This document shows positions 39,009 to 51,609 of a stretch of DNA of 64,000 bases, one piece after another. The DNA lies in the NCBI RefSeq assembly GCF_006345805.1, contig NC_043022.1:16926001-16990000 (forward strand). The letters are read 5' to 3'. The notes beneath the pieces were generated by a model that worked only from the letters and a program-made list of their open reading frames with translations, did not search any database and was not told the origin of the DNA. Made by a program: the position numbers and the translations under genes. The DNA is from Octopus sinensis (lineage: Eukaryota). Numbering within the stretch: position 1 is the first letter of the stretch; the number at the start of each line of letters is the position of its first letter.

Positions 39009-39889
39009 CATATATATGTGTGTGTGTGTGTATACACACACATGCCCAACCACATGGTTCCTGGTTCAGACCTACTGCATGCCACCTGGTACGAGTGTCT
39101 TCTATTATAGCCCTGGGCTGACCAAAGCCTTGAGTGGATTTGTTAGGCTGAAACTGAAAGTAGCCTGTTGTATATGTGTGTGTCTATATTTGTCCCTCAC
39201 CACCACATAACTGGTGTTGGTTCATTTATGTCCCCATAACTTAGTGGTAGAGAGAAAAGAGACTGACAGAATAAGTATCAGACACCATTTAAAAAAAAGT
39301 CCTGGGGTCAGTTTGTTTGACTCAACCCTTCAAGGCAGTGCCCCAGCATGGCCACAGTTCAATGACAGAAACACGTAAAAGATAGAAGATAATTAAAAGA
39401 TAAACAAGAATTTAAAAAGACTTTACCTGATTTCACCAATGGTGGCCTTGGAGGCAAACTTGAGTAAGTTTTTCCATTAGGCAAGAAGATAATGACACCT
39501 CCTCCATCCCATACACACCAAGGAAAGAAATATTCACTTAGTTCTAAAATGGAGAAACCAACAAAATTCCCATCAGACTGAATCAGACATAACATTTTTT
39601 TTTCTTATTTCCCAAAATGTGGATGGGTTATTCCTCACTTCAAGACACCAAGACAGTAGTGTTCAGCTGCTACCCTTCAGTTCAGGGTATCAACATATCT
39701 TAAGGAGTCTCTCAAATCCCATCCAAGAATAGAAGCAGTTTGAAACAAGAGCATTCAGAGAGCGCAACCCTCCGCCAAGGCAACACCAAAGTCCCCTCAA
39801 TGATTAACCAGAGATGATTTTTAAAATGAGAATATCTGAAATAAACTCGACTGCTCTCACAAACGAGAATACTAAAATGAACTTGACCA

Positions 39890-40082
39890 CTCTCAAAATT
39901 TAAGTGAAAAAAACAGGAAAAATAATCCTTGTCTGGTACCAGATTGATCCCAAAATCTAATCAGTTCATGCCAGTCACAAGGCTAAACATCTCTGAAAGT
40001 TTCATCCAAATCCATTCAGCAGTTCTTGAGATATCTTGTCCACAGACAAACAACCCAACTGAAAACAAAACCTCCACCTTTG
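39890..40082 (+). mobile_element. Helitron/DINE-like non-autonomous fragment
   Basis: AAAGTTTCATCCAAATCCATTCAGCAGTTCTTGAGATATC..ACAGACAAAC..GAAAACAAAACCTCC pattern. Assignment by recollection. Confidence 0.4.
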
Positions 40083-40269
40083 CTAAGAATTGCAGCTCAG
40101 TTTCAGAAAACATGTTCTCTGAGAATGGGATTATTGCAAAATATGGAATCGTCAGATAAATGGCTGTGTGGTAAGAAGTTTGCTTCCCGATCACATGGTT
40201 CTAGGTTCAGTCCCACTGCATGGCACCTGACTAGATGTGCTCTTGCTATAGAGAGGAGTGCAAAACGGT

Positions 40270-40480
40270 GACCATCATGCCTGAATTAAATGCTCTCTAA
40301 GGACAAATATCAAGATTTGGTTGATGAGGTACTTGTTAAAGGATGCTGTGTGGCCTCATTCCCTATTGAGGTCAGCTTCCATGGTTTTCCAAATAGGTCA
40401 GTGCACTGTTTCCTTGAGAAAATTGATCTGGGACACAAATGATGAAAGCAGCCAAGGAGATTAATATGGCAGGTGGAATC
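40270..40480 (-). pseudogene. Possible highly decayed mariner transposase C-terminal fragment
   Basis: PIWKTMEADLNRE*GHTASF..REHLIQA weakly resembles the VWGVLERDTNR..REHLIKAC end of DD37D transposases. Confidence 0.3.
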
Positions 40481-41014
40481 AGTTCAAGTGGAACCCTTCC
40501 ACAAGCAAAGACTAATCCAGTCTTTGCTGCCCCACTCGAGTGAAGCGTACAGGCTAAGGGGCATAATGCTTGTGACCCTGAGATGCCTGCAGATGATACT
40601 AGAGGGGTTAGCGTCAATCTGCGATGGACTCAAAAGCTAGACATCCCTTTGAGTAATTCCGGCAGTTCCTGCGTGGGACAAAACATCTCCAATGTTTATT
40701 TCACCGTAATTAAAGAAAAGTATAATTAGAGACCCACCACCGGGAAAAGAAAAAAAACCTCTGGTTCTCATAGTAACGGGTGATCACAATACTGTTTCTT
40801 ACTAAAAAGAAAACTGAAAAGAAACCAGAAATTCTGTTTTATTCATGACAGCTATTATTCCCTAAGTCCGCCATATGGGCGCACACAGAAACGGAGTCCC
40901 ACACAGACACACATATACATGTTACAACACATATTAGGTACGAATACAAACCTATAAACAGACACAGACACAGATGTACGAACACCAACACGCACAATAC
41001 ACACATACACTCAC

Positions 41015-41090
41015 AAACAAACAAAACAGGTTAATCCAACGAAATGTTATCTAAGTCTTTTTTCTTTTTTTGGCCGCCATGTTTACAAAA
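41015..41090 (-). promoter_or_regulatory. Candidate first exon/TSS region with YY1 motif
   Basis: Minus-strand AAACATGGCGGCC (41072-41084) followed by donor TTT|gtgagt at 41014. A second ATATGGCGG lies near 40868-40876. Confidence 0.35.
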
Positions 41091-43073
41091 GAAACAATAA
41101 AAGTGTTTATTGATAATTAAAAACAGTTTTTTTTTACCTTTAGAAAACGTTGTACGTCAAATGACAAGAGACCAACAAAGAGGAACAATAGTTTGAAGGT
41201 CAAAGTAACACAAAAGTCTGCCGTTTTTAGAAAGTGGTTCAAGAAAATGTCTTTGTACCAAAGAACTTCCCTTTCAGAGAGAAAAGGGTTGAACGACTTT
41301 CTGGATTAAGAATTCCGTAGAAAATAAGGAAATATATATATATATGAGGGATCAAACGAAAGAAAGAGGGGCACTTGCCATATTTAGTAAAAGTAACATA
41401 TTTGACGAATGCTTTCAAATTGCTGGCTGAGGATAAATTGATCAGAACGACTCCGGTGTCCAACGGGTACTTGTTTCATCCATCTTGAAAGGAAGAAGGG
41501 CAAAATCGGGCGGAGATACACGAACCTTTTTCCGTGGGATTTTACTTATGTTTTTTTTTTTTATTTTTTGTCGGTTTTATGTTTTCGAAATCTGCCGGTC
41601 AAAGTGAAAAGATCCCATATAAACCCTAAAAAATACGATTTTGCCCAAATGTCACGTTTTCGAAATTTTAATTTCCCTCACCCCACCCACCCCAATTTAT
41701 TAATTTTAAACTTTTTTTTTTTTCTAATTGTTTCTTTTTTAAGCCACGTAGAAATATACAGAGATTCCGAATCTGAGATTTTTTAAAAATCTCGTGGATT
41801 AAAATAAAGAATTCAAAAAAAGTTTTAAATTAATGAATTGGAGTCGGCGTCGGGGAAGTTAAAATTTTGAAAACGAGATTTGAGCTGAAGGCTAGCAATT
41901 TCGGGGTAGAGGCTAAGACAATTCGATCGATTCCAGTGTCCAGCTGGAAAGATACAGAAATTCCGAATCTGGGAATTTTAATTTTTTTTTTTTTTAATTT
42001 CGTGGATTAAAATTAAAAAATTCAGAAAAAGTTTAAAATGAATAAATTGGGTTTGGGGTGGGAGAAGTTAAAATTGAAAACGTGATTTTGGGACAAAATC
42101 CAATTCTCCTATATCAAAAACATAGAAATCAGAAAAAAAGAACTGAAAATGGGGGGGGGGTTACATGTCCTTTACCTTCGCGACAAAATCAACCTTTGTG
42201 GAATTTGAAGGAGTTACATATATTATTATTATTTAAAAACAGTTTGATTTGGCCCCAAAGGCTCATTGCCGGAATTTATATATATATATATATATTTCCC
42301 TCCTCTCTCTCTTTCTCTCTGCCTTTAGCCTACTGCCAAACTACAACCTTTCCCCTCCCATCACTAAATCCATTTATGCTATCATTACCATCAGTTCCAT
42401 CACCACCATAAACAAGCACCCACCTTCCACCCTGTGACCTTCCATCTCAGTAAACATTGCCCCCATCAAGATCTAAAAAGGGCTTCTGTCCAATAATACT
42501 TTATTTGTTCCACGTCCTTGCGTTGTTGCTTTTTTGTTTTTGTTTTCTTGTTTGGATTAACTTTATATATATATACATATATATCAGTTAACAGTCCACA
42601 AGTCAGGTAGAGAAAGCACACAAAACATGAAAAACAGAAGGTTTATATGATAATATATCGTTGAGCAGAATATTACTGGTTATGGCATATATAACAGGTC
42701 GCAATGTTACAGTCGGTTCCATGCTAACTATTGCACTCGGCAATAATGACGCCTCTTTTAGACATGCTCACCAGAAGAGCTTCTGATTCTTCAGAATGTC
42801 TGAAGAACCTTCACTCTTGTCCAGCAGAAATAGTTGGGGTGAAACTGATGGCAGCAGCCTGTCCAGTTATAAGCCATAACCAGTAACAACATACTGATCA
42901 ACAATAGAAAAACATGTATGTGCCCATCTTTGCTTCCTTTTCTGTGCAGCTTCAGATTGTTGTCTTCTACGATTTTGGTACCATGGTGCCATACCCATGT
43001 GTTTTGCTATCGTTTCCTCCTCTTCCTGCTACTCATTGAAAGCTTTGCTACTTTCAAGTGTCTTTCTCGAGAT

Positions 43074-43419
43074 CAGTGGTTCCTAAACTTTTTGGGGTTG
43101 CTGCCCCCTTGACACTCAGGCCACATTCCTAGTGCCCCCACCCCAACTAACCACCACAAACATAGACCCCTTTCTGAAGCAAATTCAAAGCAACTGTATT
43201 TCACAAATAAAACTTAAACTAACGAACCCGTTATTTTGTTGTTTGTACATGAATCACCACCCTGTTACCACCCCACTTTGTACATGAACCACCACCCCGT
43301 AACCACCCCACTTTTTACATGAACCACCACCCCATTATTGCCCCACTTTTTTTCAATAACCCTTTGGAACTTTCCACTGCCCCCAGCGGAGGCAATACCA
43401 CCCACTTTGGGAACCACTG
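43074..43419. mobile_element. hAT-type MITE with internal ~35-bp x3 repeat
   Basis: Termini CAGTGGTTCCTAAA / TTTGGGAACCACTG. TSD CTCGAGAT/CTCCAGAT (7/8). The TTTGTACATGAACCACCACC.. unit is repeated about 43243-43350. Confidence 0.8.
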
Positions 43420-43566
43420 CTCCAGATGAATCCCCTCTCTTCCCCTTCCTATCCATCTCTATCTATCTTTGTCTTTCTCTCCCCCCCTACACCTCTCTTC
43501 CTGGTTATCAGACGTCTGGAGTAACAGGGAGATGATGAGGATGCTGATTACACAGATCATCTAGCT

Positions 43567-44007
43567 CAGTGTTTCTCAACCATTTTTTAACTACGGACTC
43601 CCTTTCATTCCTATTTTACCCTACTGGACTTCCATAGCCATACGACATTTCAGTAAATCCCTTTCTATTTTTAGAATTAAATATTAGGAATTGTACATTA
43701 TCTACATTATTTACATTATTTACATTTGACGGATATTTGTCCTCGTCTTGTTTGTTGTTAACACAACGTTTCGTCTGATTTACCCTCCAGCCTTCATCAG
43801 CCAAAACGTTGATTTAACAACAAAATGAGAACAAATATCCAGCAAATGTAAATAATGTACATAATTCCTCATCTCTTAAATATTGAACTATATTAGGAAT
43901 TGCATTTAAAAGATTGTCCAAATATTTTGTGTACTCTTTGAGCAGAACCAATTTATTGCCCTTAAATTTTAGCAAAATCTTGTATGGACCCCAAATGAGA
44001 ACCACTA
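43567..44007. mobile_element. hAT-type MITE interrupted by a Penelope-like inverted remnant (~43685-43880)
   Basis: Termini CAGTGTTTCTCAACC / TGAGAACCACTA. TSD is poor. Confidence 0.55.
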
Positions 44008-44519
44008 ATTCTATAAAATGACCAACTACTTTTAAATAATTTAAGCTGGATGTCAAACTGTGTGGACGTAAGTTCACATAACAGTCGGGAGTAAATGAAA
44101 TATATAAATTTCTGCTGCATCTTATCATGAATGATGTTTCAACCACTTATATCCATTAGCAATAAGGACACTGCATCAATGGGAACAAGAATTTCTGATG
44201 CTTTTTCCTCTTTCTGATTCATGAGGATTTCCCATCATTCAACAGTCTCCCGTCTACCTGCAATATGGCCAACAGTTTTTTTTTTACAATGGTTAAAACC
44301 TCCGCTGGTTTTACTAAAGAATCATTATATATCTTTGTATAACGTATTTTGCGTGTTCGTTTGCAGCAAAAGAAACCAATAGTGAGAACTTTATTCCTTC
44401 ATTAAGTTGTTCAATGGCTTAAGGCAAGGAACGTTACAAGTTCTGCTGGTTGTTGTTCATCCGTTGTTTTCATAATTTAGCTTGGGTCACCATTGGAGAA
44501 GATATGATATTGCTGTTGG

Positions 44520-44670
44520 CTCGCGCTAGGCAAGAAGTTAAAATTTTTGCCCATGACACTACATGGACCCTAAGTAAAGCATGTGTAAAATTTGAATGAA
44601 ATTGATTGTGTAGTTCTCAAGTTTTAGGGGTTTACACAGACACACATTCTCATCTTTATATATATAGATA
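44520..44670 (+). mobile_element. Helitron-like non-autonomous fragment
   Basis: ..GTGTAAAATTTGAATGAAATTG..ACAGACACACATTCTCATCTTTATATATATAGAT ending. Assignment by recollection. Confidence 0.4.
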
Positions 44671-45344
44671 TACGTATGTATGTATATATGTATATTATAT
44701 ATTTATTAAGTTTGAAAACAGAGAGTTATAGTTCAAATTTAAAGAAAGCAGAAGATGAAGACAGGTGAAGGAACAACCAGTAGGTGTATTAGTTTAATGC
44801 TCAGAAAGAATGGAAAAGTCTTTGACATTTCAAGCCTACACTCTTTGACAGAAGGGATACACTTACCCTGCATTCAGATCTAAGGTTCAAAGTAGTCACC
44901 CATTTCGGACAACTGTTTCCCATGTACAGGGAGAAAAACAATACTGAACGAACAATCAAAGAGTGGTTTTACAATTGCACACACACACACACACAAATAT
45001 GTACATGCATAAACATATAGCTATATATACGTATACACCTCCACCCATTTACATGTGTACACAGGTAAATAAAGTAGTCAGGTGAGATGTTGAACAGAAA
45101 GTTTCCCATGTTGTGAATAACAAAGCCCAAACACATTGTCAAAACCATTGATTGTTGTAAAAACATGCTGAACTCTGCCACTCTAAGAATTTTGAAATAA
45201 AACAAAAATATTCCCATAAAAATAAATGTAAATATAGATTTGAGTAAAATATTTATGAACAGCCATGACATATTCTAGAGCCTTCTATAAATTGGTAAAG
45301 AGTTAAGGTGCGTGGCTTAATGGTTAGGGCACATAGCTCATTAA

Positions 45345-45685
45345 AAGAGAGACACCATCTCCTCGGAGACCCTGCGGTACAAGTTGACCAAAATTGAGAG
45401 TATAATAGAAGAAGGCTTGCTTTTCATTCTGGAGAAGTTAAAATTCAAATCAGACCATGTTAACACCAAAAATTATTTACATCAAAAAGGTGCTTTTTTT
45501 CTATGAAAATCCCTATTTTTTACGATTTTTTGACTGCTGTGTCGCCATTTTTCGGTGTATTTCAACCAGAAAAATGTTCACTTAAAGAGAATAACAAGCT
45601 ACATAATGCAAAATTTTTACTTTTCAAAAATTCCAATTCTAAAGGGTTGAAACAAAACCCAAGCAACGCTGGGTGATACTACTAG
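45345..45685 (+). mobile_element. Helitron 3' end
   Basis: Subterminal hairpin CCCAAGCAACGCTGGG (45658-45673), then CTAG|T (45682-45686). The 5' boundary is uncertain. Confidence 0.55.
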
Positions 45686-45810
45686 TTTTATATATATATA
45701 TATACATACACATATATATATACACATACATACATACATACTTACATACATATGTATGTATGTATGTATGTATATATGTATGTATGTGTGTGTATATATA
45801 TATATATATA

Positions 45811-46160
45811 TCATCATCATCATCATCATTTAGCGTCCGCTTTCCATGCTCGCATGGGTTGGACGGTTCAACTGGGGTCTGTGAAGCCAGAAGGCTGCAT
45901 CAGGCCCAGTCTGATCTGGCAGTGTTTCTGCGGCTGGATGCCCTTCCTAACACCAACCACTCCGTGAGTGTAGTGGGTGCTTTTTACGTGCCACCCGCAG
46001 CTGGCAAACGGCCACGGACGGATGGTGCTTTTTACGTGCCACCGGCACGGGGGCCAGGCCAGGCTGGCAACAGCAATGAACGGATGGTGCTTTTACGTGC
46101 CACTGGCACGGGGGCCAGGCAAGGCTGGCAACGGCCACGAACGGATGGTGCTTTTTATAT
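45811..46160 (-). mobile_element. SINE family C with triplicated internal ~61-bp module
   Basis: ACGTGCCAC..GGCCACG(G/A)ACGGATGGTGCTTTT repeated three times. Confidence 0.85.
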
Positions 46161-46236
46161 ATATATATATCGTCAGTGGATTATATGTCCAAAAACGAAG
46201 CAGACTCTAAACCATATAGCAATAAGGTATTGATAA

Positions 46237-46381
46237 GTAGTTAAGTCTATGTCTGGCCATAGAGTGACCAATGGTTTCACATCTACAAAGGGCTTAGAGT
46301 CTGACGAGACATCCACAGGACTAAACCCTTTGTGGATGCAAAACCATTGGTCACTCTATGGCTGGACATAGACTTAACTAC
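46237..46381. repeat. Inverted repeat, 56-bp arms (51/56 match)
   Basis: GTAGTTAAGTCTATGTCTGGCCATAGAGTGACCAATGG.. vs ..CCATTGGTCACTCTATGGCTGGACATAGACTTAACTAC. Confidence 0.93.
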
Positions 46382-46989
46382 ATAGAAATATATATATATA
46401 TCATATATTTATACACACATACACATCTGCACATGTGTGTATGCATTTGTGTGTGTGTATTTAATGAGGTATAAGCTACTGGTTCCTTCGCCGACTGCTC
46501 CATCTGACACTTGGAAATATTCCCCTGTGAATGCATTCAAAGAGGGAAATTTAGGTCACACAATGGAAGGTAAACAAGTGTTATTGACCTATTTGTTTGT
46601 CTGTAACAACGTGTCAGAGGTTTGATTAGAGGCAGAGGAATTGCGTAGACTCCTCCTCGGTAGTGGCAGCGCTAAAGATTATTGTTTGATCTTCACCACA
46701 AATTAGGCAAGAAATCTTGAAAGCATTACCACCAGGCATTAAATACTATTGTTCTGGTCTATAAAGCCAGAGAGAGGAGGCGGGTGGGAGGGATGGAGAG
46801 AGAGAGAGAGAGGAAGGGCTTCTGTGTGATCTCATAGAAAATAGCAGCCAAATATCCCTCAGTTGTATTGTGTTGTCTTAGAGAAAGTGAAGAGCATATT
46901 AGATAATGTAGTCCTTAAATTAGCTCTGAAAAGGTGAGGGGGGGCATAGTTGGAGTGCTTTTCATTAAAGTTGACCTAGGGCTAAATAA

Positions 46990-47395
46990 CTCTTTACTCT
47001 TTTTACTTGTTTCAGTCATTTCACTGCGGCCATGCTGGAGCACCGCCTTTAATCGAGCAAATCGACCCCGGGACTTATTCTTTCTAAGCCCAGTACTTAT
47101 TCTATCGGGCTCTTTTGCCGAACTTCTAAGTAACGGGGACGTAAACACACCAGCATCGGTTGTCAAGCAATGCTAGGGGGACAAACACAGACACACAAAC
47201 ATACACGCACACACATATATATATACATATATACGACGGGCTTCTTTCAGTTTCGTCTACCAAATCCACTCACAAGGCATTGGTTGGCCCGGGGCTATAG
47301 CAGAAGACACTTGCCCAAGGTGCCACGCAGTGGGACTGAACCCGGAACCATGTGTTTGGTTAGCAAGCTACTTACCACACAGCCACTCCTGCGCC
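46990..47395 (-). mobile_element. SINE family A, full length, young
   Basis: Near-identical to 22275-22672. Further copies at ~39050-39395(+), 47838-48230(-), 49795-50110(-), 55408-55740(-), 56165-56518(+) and 59105-59370(-). Confidence 0.9.
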
Positions 47396-48879
47396 TATTG
47401 AAAATACTTTGAAGTGATGAAGGAGTCTCTATGCAGTTTGCTTGATCTGCTAGTAATAGCAGCCAAATTTTCTGGTATACATTGAAAAAAAGTGAACACA
47501 TCAGATTAGGTAGTCCTTAGATAGCTTTGAAAAGGTGGGATAGTCATGGCTGGAATGCTTTTGATCAAAGTGGGTCTAGGGCTAAATAACTTCAAAATAC
47601 TTTCAAGTAACAAGGTAGTCTCTATGTAGTCACTTGATCTGCTAGAAGTAGCAGCCAAATCTCCCTCAAATCATACATCACTTTTTCAAATAAAGACAAT
47701 GTGTAAAATGATGTCCAAGATAGGAATGGCTTTTTGGATGGGGGCAACAGAAAATACGCCCCTTCCCTCCCCCATCTCCATTTTGTAAATTATGCTTCCA
47801 CTCTACCGAAAGTAACCATATTCTAAAAAACTTCATTCTTTTATTCTTTTACCAGTTTCAGTCACTAGACTGCGGCCATGCTGGGGCATCACCTTGAATT
47901 CTTAGCTGAATGAATCAACCCCAGTACTTATCTTTTAAGCCTGGTACTTATTCTCTCAGTCTCTCTTGCCAAACTGCTAAGTTATGGGCACATAAACACA
48001 TCAACACCGGTGGTCAGGTGGTGACGGGGACAAACACAGACACATAGGTATATATACATATATATATATACCATGGGCTTCTTTCAGTTTCCGTCTACCA
48101 AATCCACTCACAAGGTTTTGTTTAGCCCAAAGCTTTAGTAGAAGACACTTGCCCAAGGTGCCACGCAGTGGGATTGAACCCTGAACCATGTGGTTGGGAA
48201 GCAAGCTTCCTCCTACCACACAGCCACTCTCTCCATAAAACACCAGAAATTTAAAGAAAACTATTTATTTCAAATTTTGGCACAAGGCCAGCAAACTCAA
48301 GAGAAGGGGGTAAGTTGATTACATGACCCCCCAGTGCCCAGCTGGTACTTATTTTATCAACCCCCAAAAGGATGAAAGGCAAAGTTAACCTGATCAGAAT
48401 TTGAACTCAGATGTAAAGACAGACAAAATGCTGCGAAGCATTTAGCCTGGTATGTGAACCATTCTGCAAGCTTGCTGCCTTAACTCTCAAGAAAATGTGA
48501 CCATTCCAGAAAAGACCAAAATCTAAAGCAAATAACACAACTCTACAAGAATATATCTCCATTCTACATTATCCAGAACTCTACAGAATTTATTATCAAT
48601 TTGCAGAGATTAGCTGAACTCTATAGAATCATCACCCTTTTTTTGAAAATAGCACCATTTCACAGAAAATAGCAGCTCTTGCTTCACTGAAAATGCCATC
48701 ATTTCACTAGAAATAGCAGTAGTCTCTGAATAGACAGTCCTTTGTTATTATTTTAACATCTATTTTGATGCCACATGTTTGATGTTTACATGTTAACATG
48801 AAGTCATTGGTCTTCCCTTGGCTGCATGAAGAAATAACTGAACAAAATCTGCAAACATTTAACCGAAGGCTTTATTGTT

Positions 48880-49260
48880 GCAGATAAGGACAAACTGAGT
48901 TGGCCTTTTACAGTTAACAACAGCCATACTTCCTATCTGGGAGAGAAAGGGAAACCACATTGCATTCAAAGAAGTTACTTTTGAGACACAGTATGAATGT
49001 TTGGTTCAGTCTGTCCAAGATCCCGGAGTTGTCTGCGCAAATGTCTGACACCATCAAATGGCAAGAAGAAGGCACATGTCACTCAGCTGCTTCCAACATT
49101 CTGTGACTGATTACTGCCAAAAGCAGCCTTTTATAGGCTACAAGAAGATTCTAGAAGATCAAATCTCACGATGGCCTGATGATACTGATTGGTTGCCTAA
49201 CAGACCAATCAAGTGAAACTATTGCAGTGCAGTCATGGTGTCAGACCAGTTACTTAGGAG
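48880..49260 (+). mobile_element. Penelope-like element 3' remnant (GIY-YIG fragment plus hammerhead-like motif)
   Basis: VNNSHTSYLGEKGKPHCIQR resembles the YIGETGRPL..R motif of PLE GIY-YIG endonucleases. It is followed by a CTGATGA..GAAA..GTC core. Confidence 0.55.
49171..49240 (+). ncRNA. Hammerhead-ribozyme-like motif (type I topology, probably decayed)
   Basis: CTGATGA 49176-49182, ~10-bp stem II, GAAA 49215-49218, stem III ACT/AGT, GTC triplet 49232-49234. Stem I is imperfect. Confidence 0.55.
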
Positions 49261-50538
49261 TTCAGTTTCAAATCACCACTACAATGCCACAAACTAGTTT
49301 GTTCCTGCTATAAAATGTCTTTTTTTTAAGGCCACTTAATTAGCCTCCACCCCTATTTTTACTGTATTTAAAATTAAATACACAGCATTGGCAACCAAAT
49401 TGGAACAATGGCAATGAATTTCATATCATGAACTCTCAAGGAGTATCGTAAGGAGATTCAATTTCTGAAGGGCTGCTCAAGGATTTAAGGTACTCCTGCC
49501 TCTTAAATAATATTTAATGCAGGGTGGCCATGTATCTCTTTTATAGCAAGACAGCTTTGTTCTTGTCTTACATATTACTTGGTGACCCCATTGGTGTCGG
49601 TGCCACATAACAAGCATGCACTCGCACTCTGCAAGGTGGCTGGTGTTAAGAAGGACATCCAGTTGTAGGAACGATGCTAAAACGGACAACGGAGTCTGAG
49701 GCAGCCCTGCAGCCAACCACATCCTCTCAAACTGTCCAACCCATGCCAGCATGGAAAACGGACATTCAATGATGGCAATATCTTTGCTTCTTTTTTTTCT
49801 TTTACTTGCTTCATTCATTAGACCGTGGCCACGCTGGAGCACTGCCATGAAGAATTTTTAGTACAAATAAACCCCAGTACTTATTTTTAAAAACCTTGTA
49901 CTTATTCTGTTGGTCTGTTTTGCCGAACCGCTAAATTACGAGGATGTAAACACACCAACACCGGCTGTCAAGCAGTGGTGGGGGACAAACATAGACACCA
50001 AGACACACACACACACATATATATATATACAAAAGACTTCTTTCAGTTTCCATCTACCAAATGAATTCACAAGGCCTTAGTCGGCCCGTGGCTTTTGTAG
50101 CAGGCACTTGCCAGGAGTGTCACAGGGCGATTGTATATCTAATTTAACAAGTGTGTATGTGTGTGTGTGTAAATGTAGGTACTATAATCAGTCCTTTTGG
50201 GTTTTCAAAACGTGCGAAATAGGAAATCTCGCACTAGAACAATGAGAGTTGGCAACAGGAAAAGCGTCCGGGTGTAAAATCCTGTCTTCAGTACGTCTCC
50301 GTCCAAACCATGTCAACATGAATAGGCTGACAATAAGCGAATTGAGAATATTTATATTTATGTAAGTAAATGTATTTTGCTCACAAAAGTATTTTCTAAA
50401 GAATAGTTTCATTGTGATAAAACCTTCCGTTGACAATTCAAGATCTGCTATCCAAATATTTACCCATGTCACATACGTATTGGGTGTGTGTGTATATAGT
50501 TTTTTTTATACGTACTTTTGTTAGTATATAAAGCTCTA

Positions 50539-50569
<31 letters not shown>

Positions 50570-50593
50570 ATATATATACAACATATCTATTTA

Positions 50594-50628
<35 letters not shown>

Positions 50629-50799
50629 ATATATATATATGTGTCTATATATATATATATATATGTATATATAGACACACACATGTATATTCATATATTT
50701 GTGTGTGTCTGTCTAAGTTGATCAAAGATCAATAACTGTATTAATCAAATCGGCAAACACCTAACAAACAGAATCGATCAAGTCCTTTTCGTAATTAGA

Positions 50800-51576
50800 A
50801 AACTATTTTTCCTTCTCCGTCTCCGTCCCCGCATGTGAGGTGGTGGTGGTGATGGTGGTAGCGGCTCTGTGTGTCTCTCTCCACTCACTCACCACTCCCA
50901 CCTCATTCTTTCATTGTGTTAAACTGTCAAGATATTTTTTTATTTATTTGCTTTCCCCATTCCTTCTGACACTCTGGCAGGTCTTTGTCACACGTGGCTC
51001 CCAGCAAATGTCGACGTCAACACAGAGGAGACGGCGGCCTCTTTTGCTCCGATAACAGAGGAAATAGTTTCTCAAGAACACACACACGTCTAACACACAT
51101 ATATATAGAATATATGTAACATATATTTATGTATGTATATAGTACATTAGACTTTGATGTATTTTACAGTTGATGTTTGTTGCACTTTTTAAATTTTTGT
51201 TCGGTGCCTTCGTTGAAGAACTAAAATATGGTAATTATTATTGAGTTAAACTTTGAGAACGAGAATCTGTCATAAGAAGAAGAAAAAAAAATATCTTGCC
51301 ATAGAGACACGAGCGATTATGTTACGGCTTCACTGATTGGCTGAAAGTTTCTCTGCTACCTTGTTTGCTACTTTTTCTTCTGGGGGAAAAAATTCGGGGG
51401 AAAAAGGGGTCAATTCTTGATGCAAGAAGCCGTCTACGCGACATTTTACACGACTAAAAAAAAAATAATAAAATAAGCATTTGTGTGGTGCGAGGAGAGA
51501 GAGAGAGAGAGAGGATTTACTAAGGGAAAGCCATACCAATACACATACATTTTGCACACACATTGCTGTATCTATC

Positions 51577-51609
<33 letters not shown>

